A DNA stretch of 64,000 nt, from assembly GCA_965203865.1 (NCBI GenBank), contig OZ241916.1, positions 202,353 to 266,352 on the forward strand, given 5' to 3'. The notes below the pieces were generated by a model. That model was not told where the DNA came from. It searched no databases and saw nothing but the letters and a program-made list of their open reading frames with translations. Position 1 is the first letter of the stretch. Each line of letters begins with the position of its first letter. The DNA is from Arenicellales bacterium. GTDB lineage: Bacteria > Pseudomonadota > Gammaproteobacteria > Arenicellales > JAJDZL01. Positions 36,768 through 46,219 of the stretch are shown here, piece by piece. The position numbers were made by a program, and so were the translations under genes.

Positions 36768-38008
36768 GGGAATTATATACAATGATAACCAATTGCCATG
36801 ATTAGAACTTATACATATACTGCCAAGCTTTCCAGGGACTGCCACAGAAATTTGGAGGAGTTTCTGAATCAGGAGACACTCTTGTGGAACTGTGCCTTGC
36901 AGGAAAGAATAGATGCTTACAAGAAGCAGGGCATAGGTATTTCTTATCTTGACCAGCAAAAGTCCTTAACCCAAATAAGGGGAGAAGACGAGTGGTTCGG
37001 CAAGTTTCATTGTTCATCCCAAAGAACTTGCTTAAGAAGACTGGAGAAAGCTTTCAAGCGGTTTTTTGATAGAGTCAAGAAAGGGGAGAACCCGGGGTTT
37101 CCAAGGTTCAAGTCAAGGAACAGGGGAATCAAGTCTTTTGAAACAGACTCTTTTCGTATTCACAAGGCAGGACCTTGGCACTGTATCCGAATAAAAGGAA
37201 TTGGAAAATTCAAATTCAAGGGTGAGTTAAAAGGGGAAGCCAAGGTACTTAGGATAGTAAAGACTCCTATAAGGATTAAGATTCAGTTGGTTTGCGAGCT
37301 TGCGGATGTACAAGTAGAGGATGAAAGAAGTCCTATAGGCATAGATGCCGGAGTCTTGAATAGAATTACCTTGTCCAATGGAGTGCAATTTCCTAAAAGG
37401 AGTGTAAATAGAACCAAATTAAAGTCCTTGCAGAAAAGAGTTTCAAAGTCTGTAAAAGGTTCCAACAGCAGGAAGAAGAAAGTACTGGCCTTGCAAAAAG
37501 AATGGCAGAGAGTCGGAGAGAAGAACAAAGGATACCTACATGAACTAACCAGTTCCTTAATCAAGAACTACACTTCCAAGTTTTATGTAGAAGACTTAAG
37601 AATTGAAAACCTAACCAAGAAAGGAAAAGTTTATAAAACAGGAATGAATCGTTCCATTCTGGAACAAACGTGGGGAGACTTTAATTTTATGCTAAGCTAC
37701 AAGGCTGAAAGTGCCGGTGGCTTCGTATCTAAAGTTTCTCCTAAGTTTACATCCCAAACTTGCTCCAACTGCGGGCATAAGCCTGATGAGAAGACAGGCT
37801 TGTCTGTACGCATGTACGAGTGTCAATCTTGTGGCTACAAGAAAGACAGGGATGTAAACGCAGCAATAAATGTTCTTCGTGTCGGGTTGACTGGCACTTT
37901 GGGCGGGATGCCCGAAGCACAGGAAGAAGGAAGACTTAACGCATTCGCTGGAATGCCCACTGCGCAGAACAGTATACAGTGGTCTGGTTATCAATGTATA
38001 TAAGTCCC
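36768..38008 (+). mobile_element. stand-alone TnpB element (IS1341/PATE-like), copy 1
   Basis: About 23-bp imperfect terminal inverted repeats GGGAATTATATACAATGATAACC / GGTTATCAATGTATATAAGTCCC. No tnpA. Confidence 0.7.
36798..38003 (+). CDS. tnpB: RNA-guided endonuclease TnpB (IS200/IS605-family OrfB)
   Basis: RuvC-I IGIDAGV, RuvC-II FYVEDL, zinc finger CSNCGH ... CQSCGY and RuvC-III DRDVNAAINV are all intact. Confidence 0.9.
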   Translation: MIRTYTYTAKLSRDCHRNLEEFLNQETLLWNCALQERIDAYKKQGIGISYLDQQKSLTQIRGEDEWFGKFHCSSQRTCLRRLEKAFKRFFDRVKKGENPGFPRFKSRNRGIKSFETDSFRIHKAGPWHCIRIKGIGKFKFKGELKGEAKVLRIVKTPIRIKIQLVCELADVQVEDERSPIGIDAGVLNRITLSNGVQFPKRSVNRTKLKSLQKRVSKSVKGSNSRKKKVLALQKEWQRVGEKNKGYLHELTSSLIKNYTSKFYVEDLRIENLTKKGKVYKTGMNRSILEQTWGDFNFMLSYKAESAGGFVSKVSPKFTSQTCSNCGHKPDEKTGLSVRMYECQSCGYKKDRDVNAAINVLRVGLTGTLGGMPEAQEEGRLNAFAGMPTAQNSIQWSGYQCI

Positions 38009-38057
38009 ATAAACTTTAATCCTGTTAAATCAACCAACTCATAATACACAGTATTCC

Positions 38058-38861
38058 ATGTCATTGAATTCAGCCTCGGTCGAATCTGCAAACGACAACT
38101 CAATTGGCTTGTCAGAAACTGACATTGCCAAATTTGCCCGCGACGGCTATCTTGTCGTTGAAAATCTCTGTCCGTTTGATACTTGCGACAAAATGACAGC
38201 TATTGTTGAACGGTCCTTGGAACCCGCAATTGCCCCCGTAGAGTACGAAGCCGATCTTCGCTACCCGGGTTCACCATCTACGCGAAGTGCACCGGGTGGA
38301 AACACATCGCGCAGATTACTACATGCGTTCGCGAGGGACGAAGTGTTTCGAAAATGGGCAACAAGTCCTGTTGTTGTGGACAGGGTCCGAAGTTTGATGA
38401 AATGCCGCGATGTTCAGTTCAGTCAAAACCACCACAATTGCATTATGACCAAGCATCCTGGCTATGGAAGCTCAACTGGTTGGCATCAGGATATTCGATA
38501 CTGGTCATTCGACCGACCCGAACTCGTGACAGTTTGGCTTGCTCTTGGAGACGAATACAAGGAAAACGGTTGCCTCACTATAATTCCCGGGTCTCATCGA
38601 ATGGACTTTGACAGAGGGCAATTTGATGCGGCACTATTTGTTCGAGATGACTTGGAAGATAATCGTCTACTTTTCAAAACTGCTGAAAACATGACATTGA
38701 AAAAGGGAGATGCATTATTCTTTCATTGCCGATTGATTCACTCGGCCGGACGAAACTATACAGATTCCATAAAGTATTCTGTAGTATTTACTTATCATGC
38801 GAAGGAAAATCGCCCCATCGCTAGTACAAGGTCGGCGAAACATCCTGAAATCGACTTGTAG
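38058..38861 (+). CDS. phytanoyl-CoA dioxygenase (PhyH) family Fe(II)/2-oxoglutarate oxygenase
   Basis: GWHQDIRYW (HxD) and the later FFHCRLIHSAGRN His/Arg motif. Confidence 0.8.
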   Translation: MSLNSASVESANDNSIGLSETDIAKFARDGYLVVENLCPFDTCDKMTAIVERSLEPAIAPVEYEADLRYPGSPSTRSAPGGNTSRRLLHAFARDEVFRKWATSPVVVDRVRSLMKCRDVQFSQNHHNCIMTKHPGYGSSTGWHQDIRYWSFDRPELVTVWLALGDEYKENGCLTIIPGSHRMDFDRGQFDAALFVRDDLEDNRLLFKTAENMTLKKGDALFFHCRLIHSAGRNYTDSIKYSVVFTYHAKENRPIASTRSAKHPEIDL

Positions 38862-38871
38862 AATTCTCATC

Positions 38872-39081
38872 ATGAAATATTTCGCAATACTGCTCTATCC
38901 TGCGGCCGGGATTATTCTTTTGTGGATGTGGGCAAAAGTTAGAAAAAAGAAACTTGACCAGATTGTGGATGAAGCATCCGACGAACACCATACCCTTCTC
39001 AAAATTGCTGAATACCATCCTTACGGGGGGAGTCAAGCAGAATACCGCCAGTGGATGAAGGACTATTCAGACAAGCACTAA
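38872..39081 (+). CDS. small membrane protein (hypothetical)
   Basis: One N-terminal TM helix (FAILLYPAAGIILLWMW) followed by a charged tail. No homolog recognised. Confidence 0.3.
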   Translation: MKYFAILLYPAAGIILLWMWAKVRKKKLDQIVDEASDEHHTLLKIAEYHPYGGSQAEYRQWMKDYSDKH

Positions 39082-39091
39082 AGAGACTATT

Positions 39092-39883
39092 GTGTCAGCC
39101 ACAGTTCATACATTTTTGGAACACAAGAGAAAGGGTACAAAGTTCGCCTGCCTGACTGCCTACAGCTACTGTGAGGCAGTAGCGGCAAGTGAAGCAGGTG
39201 TTGAACTCTTGCTGGTTGGAGATTCCTTGGGAATGGTTATACAAGGTCACGATAGCAGTTTACCGGTTACGACTGAAGATGTGGCCTACCATGTAAAGTG
39301 TGTCCGGCGAGGAAATCGGGGTGCGTTACTTATGGCAGACTTGCCTTTCATGACCTATTACTCGGAAAACGCCACTTTGGAAAATGCAGCAGTACTGATG
39401 CGAGAAGGAGCGCAGATTGTAAAACTTGAAGGGGGTGCATGGCTTGCTGAATCTACCCGACTTCTAGTACAGCGCGGTGTTCCTGTATGTGCTCACATGG
39501 GACTAACGCCGCAATCTGTCAATCACCTTGGTGGTTACCGAGTTCAGGGGCGCGATCCGGAGAAAGCAAAGAGGATGATTAATGAAGCCCTGTTTTTGCA
39601 AGAAGCGGGGGCCAGTTTTATTTTGCTTGAATGCGTGCCAATGTCACTCGGACAGCAAATTACGCAAGAATTGGATATCCCAGTTATCGGGATTGGTGCA
39701 GGGCCTCACACAGATGGTCAAATTATGGTTATGCACGATTTGCTAGGCCTTTATCCCGGAAAATCTGCAAAGTTTGTCAAGAATTTTCTTTCTGGCAACA
39801 ATAGCATCCAATCAGCAATTAAGCAATTTGCAACAGATGTTCGCAACGGCGATTTCCCGCTGGAAGAACATTGCTACCTATGA
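39092..39883 (+). CDS. panB: 3-methyl-2-oxobutanoate hydroxymethyltransferase
   Basis: LLVGDSLGMV, KLEGG and IPVIGIGAG motifs. GTG start. Confidence 0.9.
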   Translation: MSATVHTFLEHKRKGTKFACLTAYSYCEAVAASEAGVELLLVGDSLGMVIQGHDSSLPVTTEDVAYHVKCVRRGNRGALLMADLPFMTYYSENATLENAAVLMREGAQIVKLEGGAWLAESTRLLVQRGVPVCAHMGLTPQSVNHLGGYRVQGRDPEKAKRMINEALFLQEAGASFILLECVPMSLGQQITQELDIPVIGIGAGPHTDGQIMVMHDLLGLYPGKSAKFVKNFLSGNNSIQSAIKQFATDVRNGDFPLEEHCYL

Positions 39884-40446
39884 ATCAAGTGCAAACCAAT
39901 CCCGAAAACAAAAAAGTTCTTTGGACCGTCGGGCATGGTAATCTTGGTTTTGCAGAATTTGTTGAATTGCTGGAGCACTATCCTATAGACACATTGGTAG
40001 ATATTCGAGCCTATCCCAAATCAACTCGCAACCCGCACTTTAATCAAGAACATTTACACTCTGAACTGAACGACAAGGGAATTAAGTATCACTGGGCGGG
40101 CAGACAACTTGGTGGAATGCGCAAACCCCAAAATAATTCTCCGCACATTGGATTGTCGGGGTCATTGCAAGCATATGCAGACCATATGGGAACACAGGGT
40201 TTCAAGAATTCTGCAAATCAACTAGTCCGCTTGGCAGAGAATAAAAAAATCGTTTTGCTATGCGCAGAGTTGCTATACACAGATTGCCACAGGTCATTAT
40301 TATCTGATTACCTCACTGAAAAACACTGTCGCGTATTTCATATTCTCAACAAAGACAGTATTACCGAGCATAAGCGTACTCAATCAATGCGCTTGGTATC
40401 GGGCGAAATCGTATATAACAGAGGAGTGCTTGAAGTCTTTGTATAA
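39880..40446 (+). CDS. DUF488 family protein
   Basis: TVGHGN ... LVDIRAYPKSTRNPHFN ... GIKYHWAGRQLGG pattern. ATGA overlap with the panB stop. Confidence 0.7.
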   Translation: MNQVQTNPENKKVLWTVGHGNLGFAEFVELLEHYPIDTLVDIRAYPKSTRNPHFNQEHLHSELNDKGIKYHWAGRQLGGMRKPQNNSPHIGLSGSLQAYADHMGTQGFKNSANQLVRLAENKKIVLLCAELLYTDCHRSLLSDYLTEKHCRVFHILNKDSITEHKRTQSMRLVSGEIVYNRGVLEVFV

Positions 40447-40682
40447 GGTTTAGAGCAGGACTAAAGATTTAAACAAGTACTTTGCCAGAAGTATTTTTTG
40501 GTCAAATACTTGAATTTCTCTCTCGTATCCTTTTTTGGTGAAGTTTCTAGCGAAAACGAGGGACAAGTAGAGGTAACACTGAACCTGATGAATTTTATAA
40601 ATCTAGCTTAGAAAAATTGGAGTATGTTAAAACATGTTCAAAAAGGTACGCGTCACATTCAATGAATTAGGAGTATTTTGTG

Positions 40683-41195
40683 ATGGCAACCCAGCAAATT
40701 AGAAATGCAGTATGGCAGGAATATTTGGACGCTGCTCGTCTTTCACGATATTGCGATGCTTTAGCAAATCGTTATGCCAGGCTTCATAACTTCTTCAGAC
40801 TACTTATGTGCCTTCCCCTTTTAGTGGGTATTTCGTTCTTGCTGGATTTGTTGCCTAACATAGTGGAGATAGCGATAGGAGCGGTAGTTGTAATAGCGGT
40901 TGTAATAGACGCGATATTTAATATTGGAGAAAAAGCGTATGTGCTATCGCGGGCAAGTCGTGAATGCAACAAATTGGAAGATGATTACAAAATCCTATGG
41001 CTATCAATGGAAACTGACAAATTAGTTGACAAAGAAATTCTGGAGGAAATCAGCCAATTAACGAAGAAATTAGAGGAAATAGCTGTGGAAACTGATGCAG
41101 TTGGAATTACAACTGATAAAAATTTGAATATTAAATGTGCAGCCGAAGCTTACAGGAATTTGGAAAAAAGGTATGAATACTCTCATCGAACCTAA
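40683..41195 (+). CDS. two-TM membrane protein with C-terminal coiled coil (SLATT-like? hypothetical)
   Basis: N-terminal helix, two adjacent hydrophobic helices (LLMCLPLLVGISFLLDLL and IAIGAVVVIAVVIDAIF), then a helical acidic tail. Confidence 0.4.
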   Translation: MATQQIRNAVWQEYLDAARLSRYCDALANRYARLHNFFRLLMCLPLLVGISFLLDLLPNIVEIAIGAVVVIAVVIDAIFNIGEKAYVLSRASRECNKLEDDYKILWLSMETDKLVDKEILEEISQLTKKLEEIAVETDAVGITTDKNLNIKCAAEAYRNLEKRYEYSHRT

Positions 41196-41321
41196 AAGAA
41201 TTGAGTTCACATAAAAACACTCGAACAGAGGATAAAGTTAAATCATCTTATTCTGTATGACCATGAGCGAGATATTTGAAGAACATACAGCGTTTAAGTT
41301 TTCAAACTAAAAAAGAGAGAA

Positions 41322-41723
41322 TCACGAAGAAAAAGGCGGCAAGATTGAATGAGAAACATAAAGACGAATTAGCACATGATCAACGGCGGCTTGCAACAAT
41401 CGACCCGGCAACTGAGGTTCCCGGAATCGGCGATTGAAGCGCCGATCATCTCGGAAAGAATGCGCAAACCATTTGGGTTGTAGCAAACGCGTATGCTCGA
41501 AAACCGTACCGGCTGTCGGCGAAACTTGATGACCGCACTCGGCACACTCATGCAAATAACGATGTTTCAGCTAGTAGGACTTGTTGTGACTGCATTTCGG
41601 GCAGATGAATCCGTTTTTCCAGCGGAGCCGGCTCAACTCTTCCAGCCAAGCCACCTGAATCAGGTACTTCTGTGTCTATTCAGAAAATTGACAGGGCTCT
41701 GCTGCATTTGAAATTTCCTCGCT
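41322..41723 (-). mobile_element. IS1595-family transposase remnant (Zn-ribbon N-terminus fused to C-terminal tail, DDE core deleted, stops present)
   Basis: CAECGHQVSPTAGTVFEHTRL ... KWF plus FNRRFREPQLPGRLLQAAVDHV. The upstream frame contains RWKNGFICPKCSH with in-frame stops. Confidence 0.7.
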
Positions 41724-41790
41724 AGCATGCTCAATCAGACCGTTAAGTGGTATTGCAAGACAATCCTTAATTGGATTTAGATGCATGTTT
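41724..41790 (+). repeat. IS1595-associated end-like repeat, copy B
   Basis: Matches 25988-26055 and the reverse complement of 45672-45730. Confidence 0.7.
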
Positions 41791-41840
41791 AACATTATTC
41801 CGTTATCCCATTGATTCGGGTCATGACACAAAGACAGTCT

Positions 41841-43175
41841 TTATTCGTTAACTGCAATCAGAATTGCGGCAATTCGACGTGCTGTATCAGTAAAGTACTG
41901 TACTTCATCTATACTGAGTTTGCGGTTTAGGATTTGAAACTCTCTGTAAGATAACCATTTTTTCAAAACTTGGTAACCACCAATATTGTAGTTCCATACA
42001 GCGGCGGGTACATTTTTCCAGAACGCATGGTCATTGAGATAAATATCAAAAGTTGATTCTCCTAGAACATGCAAAATTTTTTCAGGAATGACCTTCAACT
42101 CATTTGCTGTGTAGTCTCGTTCTATTGCATCCCCTTTCCCCGGTACAACACCCTTGGGGCCCTGTCGCCCCCATCCGATGTTTACAGTAAAATCTTGGCT
42201 CTGCATATTCTTTCCCGATTTTGTTGATGCCACCGCGATTGACTTGACTTCAGGTCGCAATACCCTTTTTGTAACTCCTGAAACTCCCGTTTCTGAATCA
42301 AGAAGATTTGCTAATTCTCGCCCTTTTGAAACTGATTTTTGAAATATTTCTACGGCACCTTTTAGTTTGCCGTTTGGCCAACCCGGAAGTGGAAGTCTTG
42401 GCCAATCCAGACCTAACGCATCTTTGTTTGATTCAAGATATTCAGGACTGTGTAGAGTGAAAATTGCAAAATAAAATAAATCCTCTACTCTAGCATGAAT
42501 ATTTTTCAAATAGATTTGCGCTTGTGCCGAAAGATTTGGTCGAACATTAAATTCACCATCATTATTACAAATTCCATTGTCATCTAACCATAGAGGAAAC
42601 ATTGCTGTGCCAAACTCAATTAAATGAATCGATGCCATGTACTGCGTAACACTTGCTTGTGGTTGTGCCGCATCCTTTCTCAGATGTGATGAAGAAGATA
42701 ACCAAAGGTTCCCTTCAAATATATGCGGTTTGTACTTAGGGCGACTTCTATTCAACAATTTAGAATCCCCTTCCCAATAAAGCCAACGAATATCGAATGG
42801 ATGGTAAGTGTACCGAATAAATCCTTTATTGTCTGGGCCGCCGCGTGTAATAAGGTCACGTCGCACAGCGAAAAAGCCTTCTTGGTTGGCTACATATTTC
42901 ATCGCCGATGAATATTTATTTTTGAGTTCTTCATTACTTATTCCATCATCAAAATAATCAGTTATACGAGTTTTCAACTTATTTTCATCGACATCCATCA
43001 AAAACGAGTCTCGACCCGTTTGAACTCCAGAAAAGTAAACTGGAAAAATGTCGGGAAGTGATGGCCAATCAAACCACTTCTTGCTTAATGATGTTGAAAC
43101 AAATGGCAAGCCAAGCGACAGATCAGGTTTGAAACTTTTATACATTGACCCAGGTTTCATTTCTGCTGTTCGCAT
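41841..43175 (-). CDS. Type ISP/IIG restriction-modification C-terminal target-recognition module (downstream part of split gene)
   Basis: YHPFDIRWLYWE and the overall layout resemble the Type_ISP_C specificity domain. In frame with 43197-45215, separated by a single TGA. Confidence 0.65.
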   Translation of the reverse strand: MRTAEMKPGSMYKSFKPDLSLGLPFVSTSLSKKWFDWPSLPDIFPVYFSGVQTGRDSFLMDVDENKLKTRITDYFDDGISNEELKNKYSSAMKYVANQEGFFAVRRDLITRGGPDNKGFIRYTYHPFDIRWLYWEGDSKLLNRSRPKYKPHIFEGNLWLSSSSHLRKDAAQPQASVTQYMASIHLIEFGTAMFPLWLDDNGICNNDGEFNVRPNLSAQAQIYLKNIHARVEDLFYFAIFTLHSPEYLESNKDALGLDWPRLPLPGWPNGKLKGAVEIFQKSVSKGRELANLLDSETGVSGVTKRVLRPEVKSIAVASTKSGKNMQSQDFTVNIGWGRQGPKGVVPGKGDAIERDYTANELKVIPEKILHVLGESTFDIYLNDHAFWKNVPAAVWNYNIGGYQVLKKWLSYREFQILNRKLSIDEVQYFTDTARRIAAILIAVNE

Positions 43176-43196
43176 TAGTTGAGCGCCTTTTCCCTG

Positions 43197-45215
43197 TCAC
43201 CAAAGATTTCGGAACTCAACTGTATTAGTTGGCGAATAATCCGGGGACCGAATTAGAGTTGTAATTGCTGTGCCCACCGTGATTCCGGGTGAGGTATCTG
43301 TGGCAAATATACTTTCATCTGGTTCGCCGTCAGGGGTTTTCCCACCCGTTCGGGTGCCCCCGTTGAGGCAGTCTATTCGAATTACATTGAATGAATCAAG
43401 AAACCTCTCTCTCATGACAGCAAATGATTTATGGTCCAACCATGAGTAGTTAGAAATGAAGCAAACAATTCCCTGCCCAGTTTTTTCAGTGATGCGGCGT
43501 TCTGCCATGCGAAAGAAACGAATGTACAAATCTTGCAAGCCTCGGATTTTCGATGTCTTTACTCGATTACCTTTTCGATAGACCTCCAATAATTGTTGCT
43601 CTTCTTCAACAGCTACACCAGCAAATCCATCATAAGGAGGATTGCCTAAAATTACGAGAATTGGCACCTCCAGCTTTATATGTTCCGCCTTGTCTCGCTC
43701 CTCTTCCAATTCTGGAATAGCCAATGATTTTATCTTTGTCTTTTCCCATCCTGTTAATGCATTTGTCAAAAACACCTGTACTCGGCTAGTTTCATCATCG
43801 CCAAGCGGTGCATCAAGAGCTTGCATCGTCAATCCGATTTGCAAATGTGCAACAACAAATGGTGCAGGCATAATTTCAAATCCGAATACACGCTCAGTTG
43901 CCGCTTGCTTGACTTTGGCAGCGACCAATGCAGATGGGTCGCGTTCGCGAAGATTTTCTTCAATACGACGCAACACCTCTGAAATATAGGCTCCGGTTCC
44001 ACAACAAGGGTCGAGTATATAGACGTTTTCCCCCGCAAGACCATCTTCCACATTCAAATCTTCCTTAAGCGCCTTATCCACTCGGGCAACCATGTATTTT
44101 ACGACTTCAGGCGGGGTATACCAAACACCGAATTCCTTTCGGAGTTTTGGGTCAAATGCCGCAAGAAACGGCTCATAAAAATATTGCACTGCATCTCCTT
44201 CGCTGAACTTTGAAAAAAATGAAACTTTGTCAACTCTATCCAAAGCATTAGCGGTCCAATCCATTACTTCTGCAAGTCCGTATGGCTGTAAACGACCTGG
44301 GTCTGACAATTGTTGGAATAGTGCGCTAAGCACCGGGGTGCGCAAATACCATGCAGACTCTCGCCAACTAAAATTGTCTGTTCTGTATCCCCCGGAAAAT
44401 AGCGGCTCTTGGTCTTTTTTTACACCCACTCGCGCCCATAAAACCCATGCTGAGAACAACCCGTAGAACAAAGTCTGTATAAATGTAGAGTGAAAAAATC
44501 GTTTGCCCTTCTTTTCATCGAATCGCAATCCTAGTGATTCTTCTAATGCGTTGCGCACAGTTTCAAGCATAGGTGAATCATCTGCCATTTCAACGCGTGC
44601 TAGTCCATCGCGTGCATACGAAGCGAGCAACCAAGCAACATCTTTTGGATCAGTCAGAACTGATTGCTGACAAATCACACGAGTAATGTATTCAAATAAT
44701 GGTAACCCTACCTTTCGGGCAAACTTACGCGGTTGCTTCAACAGAGTATCAAATTCTTCTTCATTATCAGCCAGCAGAAAAGTTTCAGAATCTACTCTTT
44801 CCGATGAATTGTTTGAATATGAGGTAATTAACCTAAACTCGCGAAAATTTGTAATCAAAACAAGCTTGTAGTGGCTCCAGTAAAGATTTATTTGATCGCT
44901 GGCCGATATTGTTTCAATGTTCTCCCTTGCAGATTTGATTTCGACGATTCCACGCTCTGGTATCTGACCGTCACGGGGTTTCCCTTGTTGAATCTGACTT
45001 GTTGTATACAAACCAATATCCGGATGCCCTGCACCTTGGTCAGCAAGTTCGCCAACACAAAACACCTTGGGGCGCACCGTTGAACCGATGGCATTGATAA
45101 ATTTTATGAGCGGCTCATAGTTTGAACGCTCATCGGTAGAACCACCGGACAGGCGAATTTTTCGTAATCCATCAAAATATTCTTCGACTATTTTCACCGC
45201 TTTTGAACTATTCAT
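43197..45215 (-). CDS. Type IIG/IIL-like restriction-modification enzyme, nuclease + N6-adenine methyltransferase part (upstream part of split gene)
   Basis: N-terminal PD-(D/E)xK-like HPDIGLY ... GIVEIKS. Methylase motifs YFYEPFLAAFDPKLRKEFGVWYTPPEVV, ILDPCCGTGAY (motif I) and LGNPPY (motif IV). Confidence 0.8.
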   Translation of the reverse strand: MNSSKAVKIVEEYFDGLRKIRLSGGSTDERSNYEPLIKFINAIGSTVRPKVFCVGELADQGAGHPDIGLYTTSQIQQGKPRDGQIPERGIVEIKSARENIETISASDQINLYWSHYKLVLITNFREFRLITSYSNNSSERVDSETFLLADNEEEFDTLLKQPRKFARKVGLPLFEYITRVICQQSVLTDPKDVAWLLASYARDGLARVEMADDSPMLETVRNALEESLGLRFDEKKGKRFFHSTFIQTLFYGLFSAWVLWARVGVKKDQEPLFSGGYRTDNFSWRESAWYLRTPVLSALFQQLSDPGRLQPYGLAEVMDWTANALDRVDKVSFFSKFSEGDAVQYFYEPFLAAFDPKLRKEFGVWYTPPEVVKYMVARVDKALKEDLNVEDGLAGENVYILDPCCGTGAYISEVLRRIEENLRERDPSALVAAKVKQAATERVFGFEIMPAPFVVAHLQIGLTMQALDAPLGDDETSRVQVFLTNALTGWEKTKIKSLAIPELEEERDKAEHIKLEVPILVILGNPPYDGFAGVAVEEEQQLLEVYRKGNRVKTSKIRGLQDLYIRFFRMAERRITEKTGQGIVCFISNYSWLDHKSFAVMRERFLDSFNVIRIDCLNGGTRTGGKTPDGEPDESIFATDTSPGITVGTAITTLIRSPDYSPTNTVEFRNLW

Positions 45216-45671
45216 AGTAGGATTTCCCGTTGTTCAACCGAGTAAATTAGGTTTCAAATACAGATAGGTAAGCAAATAGTGAAGGATACAACCCTTATCC
45301 TGGTGACCATGCTCTGACAGCAAGTTTGATTATATATGAATGTACGGTCAAAGCGAGTCCGAACCTCTTTCGCATTTTCAATATCAACGGTGTGATGCGC
45401 GTGTGTCTCCGAAAACTGGCGAATCAAAACAACTCTAGGTAAGACAACCTGATTTTGATTATGCTGAAATTGTTAGCCGGCTACTGTTCATGCGTCAGCA
45501 CTTCAATAGCGACCTTAACCTTCTTCCGCTACTAATAATTTTTTGGCAAAACACTAACCAAAGTATCGTCTTTACTTGCAGAATGTATTGAGTCAATGAA
45601 ATCATCTTCGGCCAATTGAAAACAATTCAACCCCCTGTTCAAACTCAGCAACTCGCGCTGTTGTTTATTGG

Positions 45672-45730
45672 AAACCAAATCCAATTAAAGGCTGTCTTGT
45701 AATACCCCTTAACGATCTGATTGAGCATGC
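45672..45730 (-). repeat. IS1595-associated end-like repeat, copy C
   Basis: The reverse complement matches copy B, including the adjoining CCTCGCTAGC. Confidence 0.7.
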
Positions 45731-46119
45731 TAGCGAGGACTTACTATCATTTTGCAAATTAATTTTGCGGTGCTTGTGCGGTCAAGTCTCAAATTTCCCG
45801 CGGCTTTCGCCACACTCCTGCGAGTTCTCGTTCTTGGCACGGTTTTTTTTCGCCTCCTGACCCGGACAAAGTGGATGAATGGCTTCCGAAGGTTCATATT
45901 GTCACCAGCAATTTCAAGAGTTTTCTGGCGGGCACCTTCCACGGGGTATCGCATCGATACCTTCGGGAATATGTTGACGAATTTGTGCTCCGCTTCAATC
46001 GCCGATTCCGGGCACCTCAGTTGCTGGGTCGATTGTTGCAAGCCGCAGTTGATCATGTGCCGATTCGGGCTTCCCTTAATTTAGCTTGGATGCATGAAAT
46101 TCTAAATAAGAGGAGTTGA
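45731..46119 (+). mobile_element. IS1595-family transposase remnant (C-terminal about 80 aa only)
   Basis: HRYLREYVDEFVLRFNRRFRAPQLLGRLLQAAVDHVPI. Confidence 0.7.
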
Positions 46120-46219
46120 AAATTTTTTCTGTGGTTTCGTTAAATAATATAATCCCTTAACATCAAAAGCCGTTTTGGCATTACATTTGTTTAAATTAAC
46201 TATCTCAATATGAAGAAAA

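Noticed and set aside
36135-36785. A 216-aa plus-strand ORF that could be annotated as a hypothetical protein.
   Set aside because: It reads through a DNA-level IS1595 3' remnant (36190-36320) and overlaps a lipoprotein-like ORF on the other strand. It has no domain-like pattern and most likely lies in non-coding debris.
43197-43199. The in-frame TGA in the RM gene might be a selenocysteine or programmed read-through codon.
   Set aside because: TGA is used as an ordinary stop by many genes in this window. I see no SECIS-like hairpin immediately downstream, and a Sec residue in a domain linker of an RM enzyme has no precedent that I know of. A nonsense mutation or a genuine split is more parsimonious.
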